A stretch of DNA of 62,906 nt, counting the filler, from Thraustochytrium aureum (taxonomy: Eukaryota): assembly GCA_012862495.1 (NCBI GenBank). It is 5 parts of 4 records of this genome, joined end to end, with 100 filler letters (N's around TTAATTAATTAA, not from the genome) between each part and the next. Parts side by side here need not be neighbours in the genome. Positions count along the whole stretch, not along the records: positions 48,641 to 59,374 come from BLSG01000275.1; positions 59,475 to 62,906 come from BLSG01000282.1; 3 more parts are not named here. The stretch is one strand, 5' to 3'. Made by a program: the position numbers and the translations under genes. Below are positions 56,936 through 62,906 of the stretch, one piece after another; within the stretch, counting starts at the first letter, position 1; each line of letters opens with the position of its first letter. Below the pieces are notes generated by a model. The model was not told where the DNA came from and made no database searches. It saw nothing but the letters and a program-made list of their open reading frames with translations.

Positions 56936-58564
56936 TCAATGCATGCCAAGCTCGCGGCGGATCCTGTCGATCTCGTCGCGCGCGCGCTCATGGTTTTGCG
57001 AAAGCTTGTCCAGCTCCGAGACAGGTCGAGCCTCGCTCGACGCGCGCGAACCCTCCCTCCCCGCCAGCGCCCCCCCGGTGCATGTCGGCGGACTCTGCGG
57101 CAAAGTCTGCCTCTGCAGCCGGGGCAGGGGCAGGGCAGGTCTTCACCCTTGGCCGCGGCACGCCTTTGGCAAACTCGATGCCCCGCTGGCGAGCGGACTG
57201 GGCCTTGCGCCGCTGTGCTTGTAAAGGGGTTTCAGAAGGCCCCGGCCGGCCAGCTCCATGCTGGCGGCCGGAGTAGACCTGACGGGCACCAAAGCATACT
57301 TCGCTGTTGGCAGCGCGGGCAGGTTTGGCGCCAGAGCTGCGATAGCCTTGCGAGCCAGCTGGTGAAGATCCGGCCGTGTTTGTGGCGTTCATGGCGCGCA
57401 GACTGGCTGCGTAGGCCTTCATTCTTGCCAGTTTTTCGCGCTTCTGAGCCATCTCCTCCGTGTCGAGGTCTGCCTGCAGCTTGCCGAGCTCAAAGTACTC
57501 TTTAGGCTTCTCTTTGAGGTATTCTTTCGTCGTGCATGGCTTGAACTTGACAGGTCTGTGCTTGCGACTGTAAACGAGCTGGTCCGCCTCTGTCTTGATG
57601 AGGCGTTCGTTTCGTTTCTCGCGTGTAAGGACGACAGGCTCGCTTGGTTGCTCTGGTGACGGTGGTGGAGACGGCGGCGCGCGCATTTGGTCTTGTCTCG
57701 GCTGGCGCTGGTGATGGGAGACACGGTCGCGCGGGCCACTTTGACTATTCCACGTTTCTTCCGGGTATCGGGGAGGCCCTTGAGCGGGATTTCGCTCTTG
57801 CTGCCTAGCCTGCTCGTGGAATTGCCCGCGCTGCAGGCCAAAATCTCCTCGCTGGCCTGAGCTTGAATGCGCTTGAAGAGGATGCTGCCCGAGTTGGGCA
57901 CTGTTCACGTCCACCTCGGCCATCGCGCGCTCCAGATCCGCAAGGCCCGGTCGATACGCGTGCCCTTCGTACTGATGTGGTGGCTGCTGATCTTGGCCGG
58001 ACGCCGCCACGTTCTGGTGTGTTTGGAACTGCCATGTCCCGTTGTTGACGCCATGAGGGTGATATGCGTTGCCGCCCTGTTGCGCGGCCTGGGACATGCT
58101 GTGCACGGGTGGCTGCTGTTGAAAGAAATACTGCTGGTGCTGCTGGTAGTGCTGATGGTGCTGCAGGAGAATAGGGGCGTGCTGAGGTGTGGTGCCACCC
58201 GCGATGTAGTGACCCGCTCTGGCGATGTGTGAGGGGGCCGGGGCAAGCTGCTCATGCGGTTGGCGCCGAGGCGGGCTACTGAGAAGCGAAAAGGCGCGCG
58301 TGACGTGAATAGTCCCGCCGCCCGCTGTCGCAGCAGCCGGCTTGTCTTCTGGGAAGCCCTCTGTGCGTTGCTGGTTGCCCCCGATTGGGGAGGATTCGGG
58401 GTGATGGGCACTGAGCCTTCGCCGCCAGGTTGTGGCCGCGACTTTTCTTTCCGACTGCTGTGCAAACGCACGTAGGAACCATCACCCGTTGTCTTGAGCA
58501 TCTTGGCTCCAAATTTGGCTTGAAACACCGATGGCACGGCGCCGCGCACCTCGCTCTGCGTCAT
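56936..58564 (-). CDS. JHY-like (C11orf63) ciliary protein; frameshifts near 58250 and 57070, probable 87-nt intron 57213-57299
   Basis: FKPCTTKEY…ELGKLQADL…KREK…MKAYA, SARQRGIEFAKGVPRP, and in the shifted frame SELDKLSQNHERARDEIDRIRRELGMH*. Confidence 0.55.
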
Positions 58565-58977
58565 TTTGCGCGCGGGGTGTTTTCCGAATCGAAACACGAC
58601 GAACTCACCGAGAGCAGTAGCTCGTCCTGCTTGACGCTGGTGCCAGCCAGCCAGCAGCGCAGCAGTAGCAGCAGCAGCAGCAGCAGCGCCAAGCAGCAAA
58701 TGGCAAGCAGCGCAAAGCCGGCCTGGCCTGGTCTTTCGTCGTGGCCGCGTCCAGCTCGGCGCGCGCGACTCCAAGCCCGCCGCAAGCGAGCAACGCCAAG
58801 CAGCTTGAAGCCAGTCCGCCACAAGCTGAGCAGCGCAGCAAAACAAACAGCAGCGCCGCCGTCAGCAGCAGCTCCAAGCCGATCTCAATCTGCTCCACTC
58901 CGGTCGGCTGCGGGTAGACCCCGCACATGCCAGAACACCATCGATCGCCCAAACAAAAATAGCCGTTGCCAACATTC

Positions 58978-59119
58978 AATCGATTATCCCCCCGTCAAAA
59001 CGAGGCCCCAATCGATTGCACGAACAACAACGAGCAGTTCTGAAGGTGAGGAGGAAAATTCAAAAGTAATCGATTGTCTGGAGCAATAAATCGATTGCCT
59101 GTTTCGGGAGTAATCGATT
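58978..59119. promoter_or_regulatory. Cluster of five AATCGATT palindromes in an AT-rich intergenic patch
   Basis: Copies start at 58978, 59010, 59068, 59089 and 59112; the regulatory role is inferred only. Confidence 0.4.
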
Positions 59120-59418
59120 AATCTCTGGAGAATTTGAAATATTCGATTGATTGAAGGGTGTCGGTTTTTTGGCGGATTTGGTTTCTGGGCAGACGCGGAG
59201 CTCAGGGATTGCACTGACGAGAGCGAGGCGGCAGCGGGCCACGGGGCTTGCGAGCGCTCTGGAGTCCGTCTGGTCTGGGCGCAGTGTGGTGCCGTTCTGG
59301 GCAGGATGGGGTGCCGGCGGGCGCATGGAGAGCAAGGCCCGCGAGCTCGAGCAACTCGAGGTGCTCAGGGACGCNNNNNNNNNNNNNNNNNNNNNNNNNN
59401 NNNNNNNNNNNNNNNNNN

Positions 59419-59430
59419 TTAATTAATTAA
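59419..59430. other. Artificial scaffold linker TTAATTAATTAA within Ns
   Basis: Same spacer as at 18020. Confidence 0.95.
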
Positions 59431-59474
59431 NNNNNNNNNNNNNNNNNNNNNNNNNNNNNNNNNNNNNNNNNNNN

Positions 59475-61430
59475 GTCCTCCGCGACGGGCTCGTAGTTGA
59501 TGCGCATCAAGATGTGCTGCTGACCGTTGAGCTTGATCCAGGTCTTCTTCTTGTTCGGGACGGGGACCACAAGACGCGCCCTGCGAGTGTCCATGATGCC
59601 GAGGTTGACAAGCTCGCCCCCGTTGTTGCCCATCGTCACGAGCAGGGGAATGCTCCACAGCTTTGAAGCCGCATCCGGGTGCTTGGAACCGTCCGAGATA
59701 AACCAGCGCTGCTCGAGCTCAAGAACGCAAGAGCTGCAGTCAGGGGCCCACTGCGCGCTGCGCACGGTGACCACGGGGAACCCCATCTGCTCGGTCCAGG
59801 TGCTCATTACCTTCTTGACGGGCTTGCCCGAGACTTCCTCCCAGCACTGCCACAGGTCGGTGGTCTCCGTGTTGCCGTACTTGTGGCGGTCCATGTAGAC
59901 CTGGAGGCCCTCGGCGAAAAACTTGGCACCCAGGAAGGACTGGATCATCCGCACCACGTTGCCGCCCTTGAGGTAGCTGACGGCGTCAAAGACAGACTCG
60001 ACCTCCTCGGCGTGCTTGATGGGTACCTGGATCGGGTGCGAGCTGACGAGCGCGTCGAGCCGCATCGCGCCGGCTTGGTCGGTGATGACAAACTGCTCCC
60101 ACATCGACCACTCGGGGAAGATGCTGTCCAGGCAGTGCGACTGCATGTAGCTGGCAAAGCCCTCGTTGAGCCAGAGCCCGTCCCACCACGACATGGTCAC
60201 CAGGTTGCCAAACCACTGGTGCGCCAGCTCGTGCGCCACAACGGTGGCGACGCGCTGCTTTTGCTGGCTCGAGGCCGCACCATCGATCAGCAGGTCCACC
60301 TCGCGGTACGTGACGAGGCCCCAGTTCTCCATGGCCCCCATGGCAAACTCGGGCACGGCGATCATGTCGAGTTTGGGCAGCGGGTAGGGGACCTTGAAGA
60401 GGTCGTCGTAGAGGTCGAGCGCGTCCACGGCGACGTCGAGCGAGAACTGGCCGAGCTCCTTCTTGTTGGGCGGCGTGTAGACGCGGATCACGACGCCGTG
60501 GCCGGACTTCCTCTCGACGTAGTCAAAGTCGCCCACCGCGAACGCGAGCAGGTACGTGCTCATGCGCGGCGAGGCCCCGAACACCACCTTGCGCCGCACC
60601 CCGTCGTCCAGCAGCGTGTCCGACTCGACGGGCATGTTGCTCAGCGCCGTCAGGCCGTCGTCAATCACCAGTGTCGGCTTGAAGACCGCCTTGCGCGCCG
60701 GTTCGTCAAAGCACGGAAAGCACCGCCGCGCGTCGAGCGCCTCGAACTGGGTGGACGCCATCACCGCCTTGTTGCCTTGCCGGTCCGTGTACCCGCTGCG
60801 GTAAAACCCAGCCATCTGGTCGTTGTGCGTGCCGATGTACGCAATGTCCAGGATGCCAGACCCCTTGGGCAGCGCGCTCTTGAACAAGAACGTCACCGTC
60901 GACAGCGTCAGGTCGTAGCTGATCTTCNNNNNNNNNNNNNNNNNNNNNNNNNNNNNNNNNNNNNNNNNNNNNNNNNNNNNNNNNNNNNNNNNNNNNNNNN
61001 NNNNNNNNNNNNNNNNNNNNNNNNNNNNNNNNNNNNNNNNNNNNNNNNNNNNNNNNNNNNNNNNNNNNNNNNNNNNNNNNNNNNNNNNNNNNNNNNNNNN
61101 NNNNNNNNNNNNNNNNNNNNNNNNNNNNNNNNNNNNNNNNNNNNNNNNNNNNNNNNNNNNNNNNNNNNNNNNNNNNNNNNNNNNCTTGCCTTTGCCGCCC
61201 CAAAAAGTGCACGACTCCACGAAGAGCTCCTTGCTGTGCAGCGTCACCGACCGCAGCCCTTCCTCTGCCACCTTGACATGCATCTTGAGCAGTCCATTGA
61301 ACCGAAAGTTGCCGCGAAGGTTGGTCTCGATCGTCAGTTCATACAACGTCGCATCCACAGAGGTCGGCAGCACCACGCGCTCCTCCTGCGCCGCCGGTCT
61401 GCTCGCCTTCTTCGAGCTCTTCGCCCCCAT
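59475..61430 (-). CDS. M1-family (puromycin-sensitive-like) aminopeptidase; internal gap, 3' truncated
   Basis: TQFEALDARRCFPCFDEP, LSNMP, MSTYLLAF, YPLPKLD, GAMENWGL, HELAHQWFGNLVT…LWLNEGFA (HExxH-x18-E). Confidence 0.93.
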
Positions 61431-61549
61431 CGCGTCGCCGCAAAGCCTCGCAATACCGCGTCAACGACGGTCCACGTCACCTGTTTTTGTTCTTCCACCA
61501 ACGCCAAGACCTCGGACTGCGCCCCACACCAAGCCTCGAAACCCAAACA

Positions 61550-61628
61550 CCTGCCTGCCTGCCTGCCTCCCTGCCTGCCTGCTCGTATGCCTGCTTGTAT
61601 GCCTGCCTGCCTGCCTGCCTGCCTGCCT
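61550..61628. repeat. Imperfect (CCTG)n microsatellite upstream of the aminopeptidase
   Basis: Directly visible. Confidence 0.85.
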
Positions 61629-62624
61629 TCTGCAACTCCTGCTGCGCCGCTGCGCTGCTGCTGCCGTTGGCGGACTGGTACGCGGGCACTGAGTCCTCTT
61701 GTGTCAGAGTTGTGTTCGCTTCGCTTCAACGGCGACTGCGCTGCCACGTTGGCTCGACACCAAGTTCGCTTGCTGCTGCAGCTCGCGCCGCCCGCGATCG
61801 ATTGCTGGCCTGGTGCTGGAGAGTGCAGCGCTGCGTCGCCCATGGATCTGAAGGGAGTGTGTGGCGGCCGGGGGTACAATTCTTGTGCGTGCAGGGAGGG
61901 AGGGCTCGCGATTTGTGGCCCAGTCGATCGATGGCGCTGCTGTCACAAAGACCGACCATGTGCAATGGCACTGATGCGGTGCCTGCGCGAGTGTCACGTT
62001 GGCGACTCCGGCCTGCGCGCCAGCCTGCGTGCCTGCGCGCCGGGCCATCCTGTTTGTTTTGCAGCAGCAACAAGAATGAGTAGGTATGCCGGGGGCGGAA
62101 TTTGTGTCTAGTAGCAAGCGCTTCATCCTCCTTCCCGACTGCCAGTCACAAGCGCAGGGGACCTCGAGCAGCTCGAGCGGTCGACGCCGCAGGCCGCCTT
62201 CGCGCAACTTGCAGGAGGCCATCGATCGCGCGCTCTTGATCGAATGACCCTGCGACACGCTGGGGGCTCCATGTCGATGGAGTCGTTTCCTTCGATTTGT
62301 TCCATGGACCGCGCAGTCTCGCGACGCCCAGCGCGCAAGGGCAGACCAGGGCGCCCCGGACGGCCGGACGGACGGGCGCGCGGACGCAAGCTGGCTCCGG
62401 CGCTAGCTAGCTCGCAACGCGTCTCCCTTTCTCTGGCGACGCGCGAGCTGGTTTGCTAGTGGCCAAGCTCGGTCTCGCTGCGCAGGCGCTCGGCGAACTC
62501 CGGCTGGCGCGACGCCGACGACCTGAAAAGCCGCCGCGCCGTGCAGCTCGGCGACGCGGAAGGCGGCGCGTCGTGGTGATGGGAAGCGGAGACGCAGACA
62601 GGGGGCGCTGCGCGGACTGCCGCA

Positions 62625-62906
62625 ATGGGCCAGTGCGCCGTTGGGCGAGAGGAGAAGGGGGTTGGCAACGCGACGCCGCCCAAAGAATTCCCGTACCCAG
62701 CTGCTGCATTTGATCAAGAGCAGGTCGACAACGCGAAGGACGCAGAACGGGCTGCGTCTGATGCGGCAGCGCATGCCGGCGACGAAGAGGCGGCCCACAT
62801 AGGTGCTGCTGCCGCAGCGCCTGCTCCTATCACGGGTGCTGGACCCTTGGCAGATTCCGAGCCGAATCGTAGCTGGACCGAAGACGCGGGGGGCGGCCCT
62901 GCGAAT
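62625..62906 (+). CDS. Possible 5' end of a hypothetical protein (MGQC…), open to window end
   Basis: 94 uninterrupted codons from ATG 62625 with acidic/Ala-rich composition; MGxC resembles a dual acylation motif. Confidence 0.3.
   Translation, partial: MGQCAVGREEKGVGNATPPKEFPYPAAAFDQEQVDNAKDAERAASDAAAHAGDEEAAHIGAAAAAPAPITGAGPLADSEPNRSWTEDAGGGPAN

Noticed and set aside
184..58564. Widespread frameshifts (ALG12, CD2BP2, TauD, carbamate kinase, giant WW protein, JHY-like) as pseudogenisation or programmed frameshifting
   Set aside because: Many fall in homopolymer or dinucleotide runs, they hit housekeeping genes too, and there are no accompanying nonsense codons or motif decay. This pattern fits pyrosequencing-type error.
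18020..59430. Four identical TTAATTAATTAA palindromes as a biological repeat or transposon target
   Set aside because: Each is embedded symmetrically in N runs and is a six-frame-stop concatenation linker. Adjacency across these points is meaningless.
59679..62111. Long antisense ORFs (e.g. 59679-62111, 8134-9597, 20205-21578, 34915-35952)
   Set aside because: Shadows of real genes in GC-rich DNA, often inflated by N gaps; no recognisable motifs.

Overview
Gene-dense, GC-rich eukaryotic DNA with few GT-AG introns. The gene content (ALG12, strumpellin, VPS15, CD2BP2, mitochondrial ATP synthase epsilon, cilium-associated genes) and style suggest a flagellated protist, possibly a thraustochytrid/labyrinthulomycete stramenopile; that taxonomy is inference only. 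The window is not one locus. Four artificial N-TTAATTAATTAA-N linkers join five scaffolds (about 1-17975, 18076-34693, 34794-48540, 48641-59374, 59475-62906). Many genes carry single-base frameshifts, often in homopolymer runs, which look like sequencing errors. About 25 protein-coding genes are recognisable. No rRNA, tRNA, CRISPR array or mobile element was seen. The top candidate system lies on one ungapped contig: a prokaryote-type COG2403/ArcE-like protein (arginine synthetase family) head-to-head with a carbamate kinase. These are two of the three enzymes of the ATP-conserving arginine synthetase pathway, and they sit next to a threonine aldolase and an M13 peptidase. Other unusual architectures are a 2H-phosphoesterase fused to a Mia40/GCK-like cysteine domain, a BTB + AIG1-like GTPase + CaaX protein, a giant dynein-stalk-like/TPPP/IQ/WW/TPR protein, and a tandem TauD + MhpD-like pair. 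All assignments come from motif recognition by eye; no database searches were run.
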